Source: Pristiophorus japonicus | Lineage: Eukaryota | DNA length: 64,000 bases | NCBI RefSeq assembly: GCF_044704955.1 | Contig: NC_091999.1 | Span: forward strand, 60,140,001 to 60,204,000 | Reading direction: 5' to 3' | Shown: one piece after another, positions 1-12,129 of the stretch | Position numbering within the stretch: position 1 is the stretch's first letter | How the letters are laid out: the number at the start of each line of letters is the position of its first letter | Translations under genes and position numbers: made by a program | The notes under the pieces: model-generated | What the model was told of the DNA's origin: nothing | What the model saw: the letters and a program-made list of their open reading frames with translations, nothing else | Databases searched by the model: none

Positions 1-94
1 TTTGCAGTTTAGAACAAAGGACAATATAAGTTGAACTTGTGACTTCAGATATAGTGATTGAAGAACCACAGAAAGTGAGACGTAAAGGCTTTGA

Positions 95-360
95 AACTGA
101 AACATTTGAGATAACGGAAAGCAGGATTTAAAGTAAATCCCAAAAAGGCACAAATCGGACAAGCTGTGGTACAGTACCTGGGACACGAAATATCCCAAGG
201 AACTCGGACCATGTCCAATGACAGGAAGGAGGACATTAGGATTATGCCCCTACCAAAACCAGTCTGAGGGGTTTGTAAGGTACTGGGGTTCTTTAGCTAT
301 TGCAGGAATTTTGTACCTAACCACAGCAATTGCAGAACAAATACAGTGGCTAGTGAAAGG
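95..360 (+). mobile_element. pol: ERV/LTR-element pol relic (RT C-terminal/thumb region), disrupted
   Basis: Frame from 121 reads AGFKVNPKKAQIGQAVVQYLGHEISQGTRTM...PLPKPV*GVCKVLGFFSYCRNFVPN, matching retroviral RT motifs G(F/Y)KVxxxKAQ, VxYLGH, LGxxxYCRxF(V/I)P; in-frame stop. Confidence 0.8.
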
Positions 361-654
361 AAAATCCGGTTGTAATGGAAATGGTAAGACTCTAACTAAA
401 ACCTGGAATATCCAGGATGTGTTTTATCAACAGAATGTAAACGTGATCATCACCGTCCTTCAGATTCTACAAAGACAAGCTACAAGGCCGCCCCTCGGGG
501 GCCCAGAAGCATTTAACCACAGCGGAGGGTACAACAAGTACGTAAAGCAGCCTCTCGAGGGCGGCATCTAAGTGTCAGGAGCGTTTGTCTTGAAGCCATA
601 AGACAAGTATGTAAAAAATGTTACCTGAATATTGTAAACCAGGGGAATTAATCT

Positions 655-1316
655 TGGGAAATTGCGTGGTAGTTAAATCTGGAACAGAAGTAATGTTGTT
701 ATTTGACAATGTGCAGCATGAAATGTTACCTGTGAGCATAAATTAATCAGCCCTATACCTGCCAGAAAAAATTAGCCACAAGACTAAAGCGGTGTAAATA
801 CGATTGCTAGACACAATCCTGAGAATAGCTAGTGACACATCAGGAGCAAGGGAGTAACACAAGAAGCGGAGACACAAAGAAGGAAGACAGAGGAGATTTA
901 CAGCGAATGACGTATTAACTTTACAGGGTCATTTCTAGTAGATGCACCAGATAGACAGGCGATCCAGGCACGTGTAGATAGCTTGAGGGGAACAACGGAG
1001 GTACTAATCAGGAAACAGGCCAGGATTGGGATAGAATCTTCAGAGTTAGGATCTAAAACATCCAAAAAAAATGCTAGAGGGTGTATCCGTATTGGAAGGC
1101 CATGCAGGAACAATTAATGAGCAAAATAAGCAGGAATTGAGAGGACGATGCCGAGGACAGGAAAAGAGACACATGTCATGCAATGGGAGATGGATGATTG
1201 GTCAGGTGAGACACAATATTGATCAGATACAAACCGGGCGAGTTACAGGTTCAATAAATAGCACCCAGTTGAAAGAAATGGCACAGCACACTGGGCCATT
1301 AAATGCATGCACCCTG
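655..1316 (+). mobile_element. env: ERV env relic, F-type class I fusion-protein-like (lokiretrovirus-like), frameshifted and cut by a CR1
   Basis: VVVKSGTEVMLLFDNVQHEMLPVSIN*; furin-like RQRR (885-896) then FTANDVLT/FTGSFLVDAPDRQAIQARVDSLRGTTEVLI; ORF 1071-1340 CNGRWMIGQVRHNIDQIQTGRVTGSINSTQLKEM aligns by eye with the relic at 56.9 kb; lies downstream of the RT relic. Confidence 0.6.
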
Positions 1317-4300
1317 AAACATAGAAACATAGAAACATAGAAAAAGGTTGCAGGAATAGACCATTCGCCCCTTCGAGCCTGCACCAACATTCAATAAGAT
1401 CATGGCTGATTATTCACCTCAGTACCCCTTTCCTGCTTTCGCTTCGTACCCCTTGATCCCTTTACCTTAAGGGCCATATCCAACTCCCTCTTGAATATAT
1501 CTGATGAACTGGCATCAACAACGTTCTGCGGAAGAGAATTCCACACGTTAACAACTCTCTGAGTGAAGAAGTTTCTCCTCATCTCGGTCCTAAATGGCTT
1601 ATCCCTTGTCCTTAGCCTGTGACCACTTATTCTGGACTTCCCCAACATCGGGAACGTTCTTCCTGCGTCTAACTTGCCCAGTCCCATCAGAATTTTATGT
1701 TTCTGAGGTCCCCTCTCATTCTTCTAAACTCCAGTAAATAAAGACCCAGTCGATCCTATCTCTCCTCATATGTCAGTCCTGCCATCCCGGAAATCAGTCT
1801 GGTGAACCTTCGCTGCACTCCCTCAATAGAAAGAACGTCCTTCCTCAGATTAGAACAAAACTGAATACAGTATTCCAGGTGAGGCCTCACCAAGGCCCTG
1901 TACAGCTGCAGCAAGACCGCCCTGCTGCTATTTTCAAATCCCCAAGATATGGGGCCAACATGCTATTTGCCTTCTTTCTGTCTGCTGCACCTGCATGCCA
2001 ACCTTCAATGACTGATGTACCATGACACCCGGATCTCGTTGCACTTCCTCTTTTCCTAATCTGCCGCCATTCAGATAATATCCTGCCTTCGTGTTTTTGC
2101 CACCAAAGTGCATAACCTCACATTTATCGTTATTACACGACATCTGCCACGCAATTGCCCACTCACCTAACCTGTCCAAGTCACCCTGCAGCCTCTTCGC
2201 ATCCTCCTCACATATCACACCGCCATCCAGCATAATGTCACCTGCAAAATTGGAGATATTATACACAATTCTTTCATCTAATTGATTGATGTATATTGTA
2301 AATTGCTGGGGTCCCAGCACTGAGCCCTGCGGCACCCAACTAGTCACTGCCTGCCATTGTGAAAAGGATCCGTTTATCCCGACACTGTCAACCAGTTCTC
2401 TATCCACATCAATACATTACCTCCAAAGCCATGTGCTTTAATTTTGCACACCAACCTCTTGTGTGGGAACTTGTCAAAAGTCTTTTGTAAGTCCCACTAC
2501 ACCACATCCACTGGTTCTCCCTTGTCCACTCTACTAGTTACATCCTTACAAAATTCTAAAAGATTTGTCAAGCATGATCTCCATTTCATAAATCAATGTT
2601 GATTTGGACCGATCCTGATAGTGCTTTCCAAATGTGCTTCTATTTCATCTTTAATAATTGATTCCAACATTTTCCCCACCACTGTTGTCAGGGTAACTGG
2701 TCTGTAATTACCAGTTTTCTCTCTCCCTCCTTTTTCAAAATGTCGTGTTACAATCGCTACCCTCCAGTCCATACAAACTGATCTAGAGTCGATGGACTGT
2801 TAGAAAATGATCACCAATGCATCCACTATTTCTAGGGCCACTTCCTTAAGTATTCTGGGATGCAGACCATCAGGCCCCGGGGATTTATCGGCCTTTAGTC
2901 CCATCAATTTGCCGAACATAATTTCCCACAAATAAGGATTTCCTTCAGTTCCTCCTTCTCACTAGCCCCTCGGTCACGTACTATTTCCAGAAGGTTATGC
3001 ATGCCTCCCTTCGTGAATGCAGAGCCAAAGTATTTGTTCAACTGGTCTACAATTTATTTGTTCCCCATTATAAATTCACCTGAATCTGACTGCAAGGGAC
3101 CTACGTTTGCCTTCACTAATCTTTTTCTCTTCACATATCTATAGAAGTTTTTATGTTCCCAGCAAGCTTCCTCTCATACTCTATTTTCCTCCTCCGAATT
3201 AAACCCTTTGTCCTCCTCTGCTGAATTCTAAATTTCTCCCCGTCCTCGGGTTGATGCTTTTTCTGACCAATTTATATGCCTCTTCCTTGGATTTAACACT
3301 ATCCTTAATTTCCCTTGTTAGCCACGGTTGAGCCACCTTTCCCGTTTTATTTTTTTACTCCAGACAGGGATGTCCAATTGTTGAAATTCATCCATGTGAT
3401 TTTAAATGTTTTCCATTGCCTATCTGCCGTCAACCCTTTAAGTATGATTTCCCAGTCTATTCTAGACAATTCATGTCTCATACCGTCGAAGTTACCTTTC
3501 CTTCAGTTCAGGACCCCAGTCTCAGAATTAATTGTTTCACTCTCCATATTAACAAATATTTCTACCTTATTATGGTTACTCTTTTCCAAGGGGACCTGCA
3601 CAACAAGATTGCTAATTAGTCCTTTCTCATTACACATCAACCAGTCTAGGATGCCCAGCCCTCTAGATGGTTCCTCGACATATTGGTCAAGTAAACCATC
3701 CCGAATACACTCCAGCAAATCCACCTGTACCGTATTGCTACCAGTTTGGTTAGCACAATCTATATATAGATTAAAGTCGCCCATGATAACTTCTGTACCT
3801 ATATTGCACACATCCCTGCTTTCTTGTTTGATGCTGTCCCCAAACTCACTACTATTGTTTGTTGATACACAACTCCCACTAGCGTTTTCTTCCCTTTGAT
3901 ATTCCGCAGCTCCACCCACACAGAATCCACGCGAATGTCCTTCCTTACTATTGCGTTAATTTCCTCTTCAACCAGCAATGGCACCCCACCTCCTTTTCCT
4001 TTCTGTCTATCCTCCCTGATTGGTGAATATCCCTGGATGTTGCGTTACCAGCCTTCGTCACCCTGGAGCCATTTCTCCGTGATGCCAATTACATCAAATT
4101 CATTAATTGCTGCCTGTGCAGTTAATTTGTCCACCTTATTACGAATACTCCTCGCATTGAGGCACAGTGCCTTCACGCTTGTTATCTTGACACATCTTGC
4201 CCCTTTATAATTTGGCTGCAATGTGGCCCTTTTTTATTTTTGCCTTGGGTTTCTCTGCCGTCCACATTTACTTTTCAGCCCGCATTTTACTTCCCTCTGT

Positions 4301-4615
4301 CTCCCTGCATAGGTTCCCATCCCACTGCCATATTAGTTTAACCACTCCCCAACAACACGAGCAAACTCTCCCCCGTGGACATTGGTCCTGCCCAGGTGCA
4401 GAGCGTCCGGTTTGCACTGGTCCCAGCTCCCCCTGAAACGGTTCCAATGTCCCAGGAAATTGAATCCCTCCATTCTGCACCACACATTCATCTGAGCTAT
4501 CCTGCGATTCCTACTCTGACTAGCAGGCGTCAGTGGTAGCTATCCTGAAATTGCTACCTTTGATGTCCTATTTGTTAATTTAGCTCCAGGCTCCCTAAAT
4601 TCAGCTCGTAATTCC
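1317..4615 (-). mobile_element. CR1 LINE, near full length and decayed (ORF1 esterase remnant, APE and RT), 3' tail (TTTCTATG)n
   Basis: (CATAGAAA)n at 1317-1342; ORFs with VPQGSVLGP, MGDFN and FFTQRVVNVWNSLP; ORF1-like sequence near 4380-4600. Confidence 0.92.
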
Positions 4616-4816
4616 TCAGACAGAGTGAGTCAGACTCAAACACAAACACATAAAGAGCTCTCTTAACACAGAGAGTGAGAGGCACAGAAACATTGCATAA
4701 CCCCATCTCTTTGTCAGTTGAGAATGCTATAAAGTTATCGACATGAACAGATTCAACAGAATACATTCGCGCATTACTGAGCAGGATGGGAAAAAATCGG
4801 TTTCAATTTAAAGATT

Positions 4817-4900
4817 TACCAAGAGTGGGGTATCGAACCCACGCAGCTATACACCCATTGGATTTTACGTCCAACGCCTAAACCACTCGGCCATCCTGGT
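4817..4900 (-). pseudogene. TRL-TAA: tRNA-Leu(TAA)-derived pseudogene
   Basis: Revcomp ACCAGGATGGCCGAGTGGTTTAGGCGTTGGACGTAAAATCCAATGG...GGTTCGATACCCCACTCTTGGTA; U33 replaced by G, extra base in T-loop. Confidence 0.8.
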
Positions 4901-5339
4901 TTCGTCAGTATTCGGATTTTGTCTCTGTGAGAATATGGGCTGCAGATCCACTCTCACAGACATAGGTTTTTAATGAGCATTTTCAAATATTTATAGTAAT
5001 ATTGACACAGGGGCAACTCTCCTATTCTTTTTCGAGTAATGCTCTGGGAACTTTCACATCCACCCGAGGGTGCAGACGGAGCTTCAATTTAACATTTCAT
5101 CCGAAAGTCAACAGCTTCAACAATGCATAATTGCCCAAGTGCTGCATTTGAGTGTCAGCCAAGATGATATGCTCAAGTCTCAGGAGTTGGACTCACACAC
5201 ACAACCTCATGATTCAGCGGAGAATGCTGCCACTGAACCAAAGCCGATACCAAAGCCGATATCAGTATTATTTTCCCCAATTCTTTTTATAAAGTTCCAG
5301 GACATTTTGAAGTAATATGCAACATTTTGAAAAAGCTCC

Positions 5340-5411
5340 ACCCTCGTCAGCGAATTGAACCCCGACCTCACGCGTGACAGGAAGGGATATTAACTACTAC
5401 ACGAACGAGGA
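5340..5411 (-). pseudogene. TRD-GTC: tRNA-Asp(GTC) pseudogene
   Basis: Revcomp TCCTCGTTCGTGTAGTAGTTAATATCCCTTCCTGTCACGCGTGAGGTCGGGGTTCAATTCGCTGACGAGGG; several stem mismatches; T5 run downstream. Confidence 0.75.
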
Positions 5412-5459
5412 ACTGACGCGTATTTGTTTTGTTCGAGCAGGAATCGAGCTGTGAACAGA

Positions 5460-6133
5460 ACTGGACACCATGAGAAGTCGACAGGCACATTGAGAGACAG
5501 AGACAAACCGACAAACAGGGAGAGACAGACAGCGAGATAGAGACAACGTGAGACAGAAAGTATGAGACTGAGAAGGAGAGGCAGACTGAGTGAGAAAAAG
5601 ACTCAAACACACACATATACAGAGATGTGTGTGTGTGCTCTTTAAAGAGAGAGAGGGAAAGAGTGAGAGAAAGACAGTGACAAAGACAGTGACAAAGAGA
5701 GAGACCGAGAAAGAGTGAGCGACAGATAGTGAGATAGACAGAGATATAAACAGAAAATGATGGAAATACTCAGCAGGTTAGAGACAGGAACTAACAGAGA
5801 CAGGCAAAGAGAGAGACAGGTGGAGACATGGACAGAGAGAGATGATGGGAATGAGAGAGACAGTCAGACAGAGAGACTGAGAGAATCCCATTGGAACAGA
5901 ACTGGACATCGTGAGAAAGAGACAGATAAGTTGAGAGACAGGGAAACAGGGAGAGACAGACAGCGAGATAGAGACAAAGAGAAACAGAGACTTAGAGACT
6001 GAGATGGAAGGTCAGACTGAATAACAGAAAGACTCAAACACATACATATACAGAGATGTGTTTGTGTGCTCCATAAAGAGAGGGGCAAATAGTGATGGAA
6101 TGACAGGGACAAAGACAGGGACAATGAGAGAGA
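5460..6133. repeat. GA/GACA-rich degenerate microsatellite spacer of the tRNA unit (recurs near 10555-10830, 12170-13105, 15455-16375, 18440-19470, 21885-22455)
   Basis: Purine-rich GAGACA/GAGA runs with a recurring motif GAGAATCCCATTGGAACAGAACTGGACACCGTGAGAAAGAG. Confidence 0.85.
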
Positions 6134-6134
6134 T

Positions 6135-8573
6135 AATTCATAGAATGCATACGGGACTGTTTCTTAGAACAGTATGTAACAGAGCCTACAAGGGAGCAAG
6201 CCATCTAGGATCTGGTCCTGTGTAATGATACAGGAAAAATAAACGATCTCCTCGTAAAAGATCCCCTCGGAATGAGTGATCACAATATGGTTGAATTTGT
6301 AATACAGATTGAGGATGAGGAAGTTGTATCAGAAACGAGGTTACGATGCTTAAACAAAGGGGACTACAGTGGGATGAGGGCAGAGTTGGCTAAAGTAGAC
6401 TGGAAACAAGGACTAAACAGTGGCACAATTGAGGAACAGTGGAGGACTTTTAAGGACCTCTTTCATAGAGCGCAAAAAAAATATATTCCAGTGAAAAGAG
6501 GGGCGGCAAGAGAAGTGATAACCAGCAGAGGATAACCAAGGAAATAAAGGAGAGTATCAAATTAAAAACCAATGCGTATAAGGTGGCCAAGGTTAGTGGG
6601 AAACTACAAGATTGGGAAAATTTTAAATGACAGCAAAGAATTACTAAGAAAGCAATAAAGAAAGGAAAGATAGATTACAAAAGTAACTGGCGCAAAATAT
6701 AAAAACAGATAGTAAAAGTTTTACCGATATATAAAACGGAAGAGAGTGACTAAGGTAAATGTTGGTCCCTCAGATGATGAGAAGGGAGATTTAATAATGG
6801 GAAATGTGGAAATGGCTGAGACCTTAAACAATTATTTTGCTTCCGTCTTCACAGTGGAAGACACAAAAACAATGTCACAATTTGCAGGCCACAGGAATGT
6901 GGAAAGGGAGGATGTTGAGACAATCACTATCACTAGGGGAATAATGCTGGACAGGCTAATGGGACTGAAGATAGACAAGTCCCCTGGTCATGATGCAATA
7001 CATCCCAGGGTGTTAAAAGAGATGGCTGAAGTTATAGCAGATGCATTCGTTATAATCTACCAAAATTCTCTGGAATCTGGGGAGGTACCAGCGGATTGGA
7101 GAGCAGCTAATGTAACGCCTCTGTTTAAAAAAACGGGGCAGGCAAAAGGAAGGTAACTATAGGCCGGTTAGTTTAACATCTGTAGTGGGGAAAATGCTTG
7201 AAACTATCATAAGGAAGAAATAGCGGGACATCTAGATAGGAATAGTGCAATCAAGCAGACGCAGCATGGATTCATGAAAGGGAAATCATGTTTAACTACC
7301 TTACTGGAATTCTTTGAGGCTATAACGAGCATGGTGGATAGAGGTGTACCGATGGATGTGGTGTATTTAGATTTCCAAAAGGCATTGGATAAGGTGCCAC
7401 ACAAAAGGTTACTACAGAAGACAAAGGTACGCGGAGTCAGAGGAAATGTATTAGCATGGATAGAGAATTGGCTGGCGAACAGAAAGCAGAAAGTCGGGAT
7501 AAATGGGTCCTTTTCTGGTTGGAAATCGGTGGTTAGTGGTGTGCCACAGGGATCAGTGCTGAGACGACAACTGTTTACAATATACATAGATGACCTAGAA
7601 GAGGGGACAGAGTGTAGTGCAACAGAATTTGCAGATGACACTAAGATTAGTGGGAAAGCGGGTTGTGTAGAGGACTCAGAGAGACTGCAAGGAGATTTGC
7701 ATAGGTTAAGCGAATGGGCTAAGGTTTGGCAGATGGAATACAATGTCGGAAAGAGTGAGGTCATCCACCTTGGGAAAAAAACAGTAAAAGGGAATATTAT
7801 TTGAATGGGGAGAAATTACAACATGCTGTGGTGCAAAGGGACCTGGGGGTCCTTGTGCATGAATCCCAAAAGGTTAGTTTGCAGGTGCAGCATGTAATCA
7901 GGAAGGCAAATGGAATATTGGCCTTCATTGCGAAAGGGATGGAATACAAAAGCAGGGAGGTCTTGCTGCAACTGTATAAGGTATTGGTAAGGCTGCACCT
8001 GGAGTACTGCGTGCAGTTTTGGTCACCTTACTTAAGGAAGGATATACTAGCTTTGGAAGGGGTACAGAGACGATTCACTAGGCTGATTCCAGAAATGAGG
8101 GGGTTACCTTATGATGATAGATTGAGTAGACTTGGTCCTTACTCCTTGGAGTTCAGAAGGATGAGGGGTGATCTTAGAGAAACATTTAAAATCATGAAAG
8201 GGATAGACAAGATAGAGGCAGAGAGATTGTTTCCACTGGTCGGGGAGACTAGTACTAGGGGACACAGCCTCAAAATGCGGAGGAGTCAATTTAAAACCGA
8301 GTTGAGAAAAAATGTCTTCTCCCAGAGGGTTGTGAATCTGTGGAATTTTCTGCCCAAGGAAGCAGTTGAGGCTAGCTCATTGAATGTTTTCAAGTCAAAG
8401 ATAGATAGATTTTTAACCAATAAGGGAATTAAGGATTACGGGGAGAGGGCGGGTAAGTGGAGCTGAATCCACGACCAGATCAGCCATGATCTTATTGAAT
8501 GGCGGGGCAGGCTCGAGGGTCCAGATGGCCTACTCCTGTTCCTAATTCTTATGTTCTTATGTTCTTATGTTCA
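6135..8573 (+). mobile_element. CR1 LINE, 5'-truncated, frameshifted ORF2
   Basis: ORFs 6272-8466 with SDHNMVEF, VYLDFQKA, FADDTK, HLEYCVQFWSP; (TTCTTATG)n tail at 8546-8573. Confidence 0.95.
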
Positions 8574-8627
8574 AAGGGGGAGACAGATAGAGAGAAAGAC
8601 AGATATAGAGAGAGATCGAGACAATAA

Positions 8628-10552
8628 TTCGGTTCTGTCTTTACAAAGGAAGATACAAAAAACCTTGAAGATGTACGAGGGGACTGTGAGTCTAGTGAGA
8701 ATGAGGAACTGAAAGATATCCTTATTGGCGGGAAATTGTGTTAGGGAAATTGATGGGAATAAAGTCCGATAAATCCCTGGGTCCTGATAGTCTGCATCCC
8801 AGAGTACTTAAGGAAGTGGTCCTAGAAATAGTGGATGCATTGGTGATCATTTTCCAACAATCTATCGACTCTGTATCAGTTCCTATTGACTGGAGGGTAG
8901 CTAATGTGATGGCACTTTTTAAAAAAGGAGGGAGAGAGAAAGCGGTTAATTATAGATCGGTTAGACTGGCATCAGTAGTGGGGAAAATGTTGGAATCAAT
9001 CATTAAGGATGAAATAGCAGCCCATTTGGAAAGCACTGACAGGATCGGACCGAGTCAGCATAGATTTATGAAAAGGAAATCATGCTTGAGGAATCTTCTG
9101 GAATTTTTTGAGGATGTAACAAGTAGAGTGGACAAGGGAGAACCAGTGGATGTGGTGTATTTGGACTTTCAATAGGCTTTTGACAAGGTCCCGCACAAGA
9201 GATTGGTGCACAAAATCCAAGCGCATGGTATTGGGATTAATGTACTGACGTGGATAGAGAACTGGTTGACAGACAGGAAGCAGAGAATCGGGATAAACAG
9301 GTCCTTTTCACAATGGCAGGCAGTTACTAGTGAGGTGCCGCAGGGCTCAGTGTTGGGACCCCAGCTCTTTACAATATACATTAACGATTTGGTTGAAGGA
9401 ATAGAGTGTAATATCTCCAAGTTTGCGGATGACACTAAACTGGGTGGTGGTGCGAGCTGTGAGGAGGATGCTAAGAGGCTGCAGGGTGATTTGGACAGAT
9501 TAGGTGAGTGGGCAAATATATGTCAGATGCAGTATAATGTGTATAAATGTGAGGTTATCCATTTTGGGGGCAAAAACACGAAGGCAGAACATTATCTGAA
9601 TGGCGGCACACTAGAAAAAGGGGAGGTGCAACGAGACCTGGGTGTCATGGTTCATCAGTCACTGAGAGTGGGCTTGCAGGTACAGCAGGCGGTAAAGAAG
9701 GCAAATGGTATGCTGGCCTTCATAGCTAGGGGATTTGAATATAGGAGCAGGGAGACCTTACTGCAGTTGTACAAGGCCTTAGTGAGGCCAGACCTGGTAT
9801 ATTGTGTTCAGTTTTGGTCTCCTAGTCTGAGGAAGGACGTTCTTGCTATTGAGGGAGTGCAGCAAACCAGTTGCCAAACAGTTCTCTATTCACGTCAGTG
9901 CATTAATCCCAATACCATGCGCTTGGACTTTGTGCACCAATCTCTTGACTACATCCACTGATTCTCCCTTGTCCACTCTACTCGTTACATCCTCAACAAA
10001 TTCCAGAAGATTCATCAAGCATGATTTCCCTTTCATAAATCCATGCTGACTCGGTCCGATATTTTCAACAGACTGATTCCAGGGATGGCAGGACTGTCAT
10101 ATGAGGAGAGATTGGATCAACTGGGCCTTTATTCACTGCCGTTTAGAATGATGAGAGGGGATCTCATTGAAAAATATAAGTTTCTGACGGGACTGTACAG
10201 GTTCGATGCGGGAAGAAAGTTCTCGATTTTCGGGAAATCCAGAACCAGGGGACATAGTCTTAGGATAAGGGGTAGGCCATTTAGCACTAAGATGAGGAGA
10301 AACTTCTTCATTCAGAGAGTTGTTGACCTGTGGAATTCCCTGCCGCAGAGAGTTGTTGATGCCAGATCATTGGATATATTCAAGAGGGAGTTAGATATGG
10401 CCCTTACGGATAAGGGAGTGAAGGGGTATGGAGTGAAAGCAGGAAAGGGGAACTGAAGGAATGGTCAGCCATGAACATATTGAATGGCGGCGCAGGCTCG
10501 AAGGGCCGAATGGCCTAATCCTGCAGCTATTTTCTATGTTTCTATGTTTCTA
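8628..10552 (+). mobile_element. CR1 LINE, 5'-truncated, with an internal inverted fragment
   Basis: ORFs 8738-10456 with RT motifs (PQGSVLGP, FADDTK); (TTTCTATG)n tail at 10531-10552. Confidence 0.95.
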
Positions 10553-10955
10553 AAACTGAAAATAATGAAAATACTCATCAGGTTAGAGACAGGGACAAAG
10601 TGAGACAGGCAAAGACATGGGCAGAGATGATGGGAAAGAGAGAGACAGTCAGACAGAGATTCTGAGAGAATCCTATTGGAACAGACGTTGGCACCGTGAG
10701 AAAGAGACAGATTGAGAGACAGAGACAAACAGAGAAACAGGCACAGAGTGAGTCAGACTCAGACTCAAGCACACAAACACATGCACAGCTCTCTAAAGAC
10801 AGAAAGGCAGAGACTGAGATACACAGATACATTTCACAATTTCATTTCATGATCGGCTCAGAGTGTCACAGAGTAACAGAAAATTGTTGATTCAACAGAT
10901 GAAACTCAGGTATCACTGATCAGCATGGGAGGAAATCAGTGATAAATTAAAGAGA

Positions 10956-11037
10956 TTCGAGGAGTGGGGTACGAAATCTCGTGGGAAAATCCCATTGAAT
11001 TTTAAGGCCAACGCCTTTACCACTCGGCCATCCTGGT
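10956..11037 (-). pseudogene. TRL-TAA: tRNA-Leu(TAA) pseudogene
   Basis: Revcomp ACCAGGATGGCCGAGTGGTAAAGGCGTTGGCCTTAAAATTCAATGG...; T-arm and 3' acceptor strand mutated. Confidence 0.75.
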
Positions 11038-11157
11038 CCTTCCAGTGTTTCGATTCTGTCTCTGTGAGAATCTGGGCTTCAACTCCACCCCACAGACACA
11101 CACATACTCATCGGGTTTCAGTGAGCATTTAGGAACATTTTTAGTAATATTGACACG

Positions 11158-11380
11158 GGGGCAACTCTCCTATTCTTTTTCGAGTAATGCTGTGATCCAC
11201 CCGAGGGTGCAGACGGAGCTTTAATTTAAAATTTCTTCTGAAAGTCAACAGCTTCAACAATGCAAAATTCCCCAAGTACTGCACTTGAGTGTCTGCCAAG
11301 ATTATCTGCTCAAGTCTCAGGAGTGGGACTTAAACACACAAACTCCTGATTCAGTCGAGAATACCGCCACTGAACCAAAG
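11158..11380 (-). mobile_element. Old Deu-type (SacSINE1-like) SINE copy carried in each tRNA unit (also near 5010-5245, 13410-13632, 16685-16915, 19805-20035)
   Basis: Aligns by eye to the cleaner SINEs at 24487 and 46905 (CATCCACC-GAG..CAGACGG..TTTAA..CCGAAAG..GTACTGCACT..GTGTCAGCC..CTCAAGTCTC.GGAGTGGGACTT). Confidence 0.65.
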
Positions 11381-11787
11381 CCGATACCAAAGTTCACAAC
11401 CGTATTATTTTCATCAAATCTTTTTAAAAAGTTCCATGACATACCAAATTCATGGTGATGATTTATACAGACAGTTGCACATACACAGATATATATATAA
11501 ATACAGATAGACAGACACAGACACACACACACATAGGCAAAAATATACTCGCACCAACGGACATGTACAGATGTCTTCGACATATAGAGGGATAGAGAGG
11601 CTGAATCACTGTCGCAACTTTGGCTGATTTGTGCGTTTTTCTATACGTAAGTATCGTGAATATTACAGTTTAATTAAAATTATTTTAAAAATGACAGTTT
11701 TGAAAGGTGTGGGGGTTCCATCAATCTCAGGTTGAGTTTTGCAAAGACCTGGTTAAATTGTGAAATGGAATGAAAAATGCTGAGAAT

Positions 11788-11869
11788 CGTAGTCGGCAGG
11801 ATTCGACCTTCAGGGGTAAAATACGATGGATTTTCTAGCTCATCGCTGTAACCTATTGGCCACGACTAC
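11788..11869 (-). pseudogene. TRS-AGA: tRNA-Ser(AGA)-derived pseudogene
   Basis: Revcomp GTAGTCGTGGCCAATAGG...CTAGAAAATCCAT...GTCGAATCCTGCCGACTACG; A and B boxes damaged. Confidence 0.75.
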
Positions 11870-12057
11870 TGACTAGTTATTTATTTAAATGTTACTCAGA
11901 CAAAACTCAGTCATCCACCTCTCTGCAGCAGATGACACAGAATTCTGAAAAAAATCTCCTCTTCCTGTATTTTTACTATTCTGTATTGCACTGGAACTTT
12001 TTAACATGAATCTATACCAAGAAACAGAAGTAAAATCCTGCATTTTGAAAAAGCTTC

Positions 12058-12129
12058 CTGTCCGTTGGGGAATTGAAACCCTGTCTTCTACATAACAGGC
12101 CGGGATACTACGCACTATACAAATGAATG
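12058..12129 (-). pseudogene. TRD-GTC: tRNA-Asp-derived pseudogene (anticodon decayed to GTT)
   Basis: Revcomp ...GTATAGTGCGTAGTATCCCGGCCTGTTATGTAGAAGACAGGGTTTCAATTCCCCAACGG; positional homologue of the other Asp copies. Confidence 0.65.
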
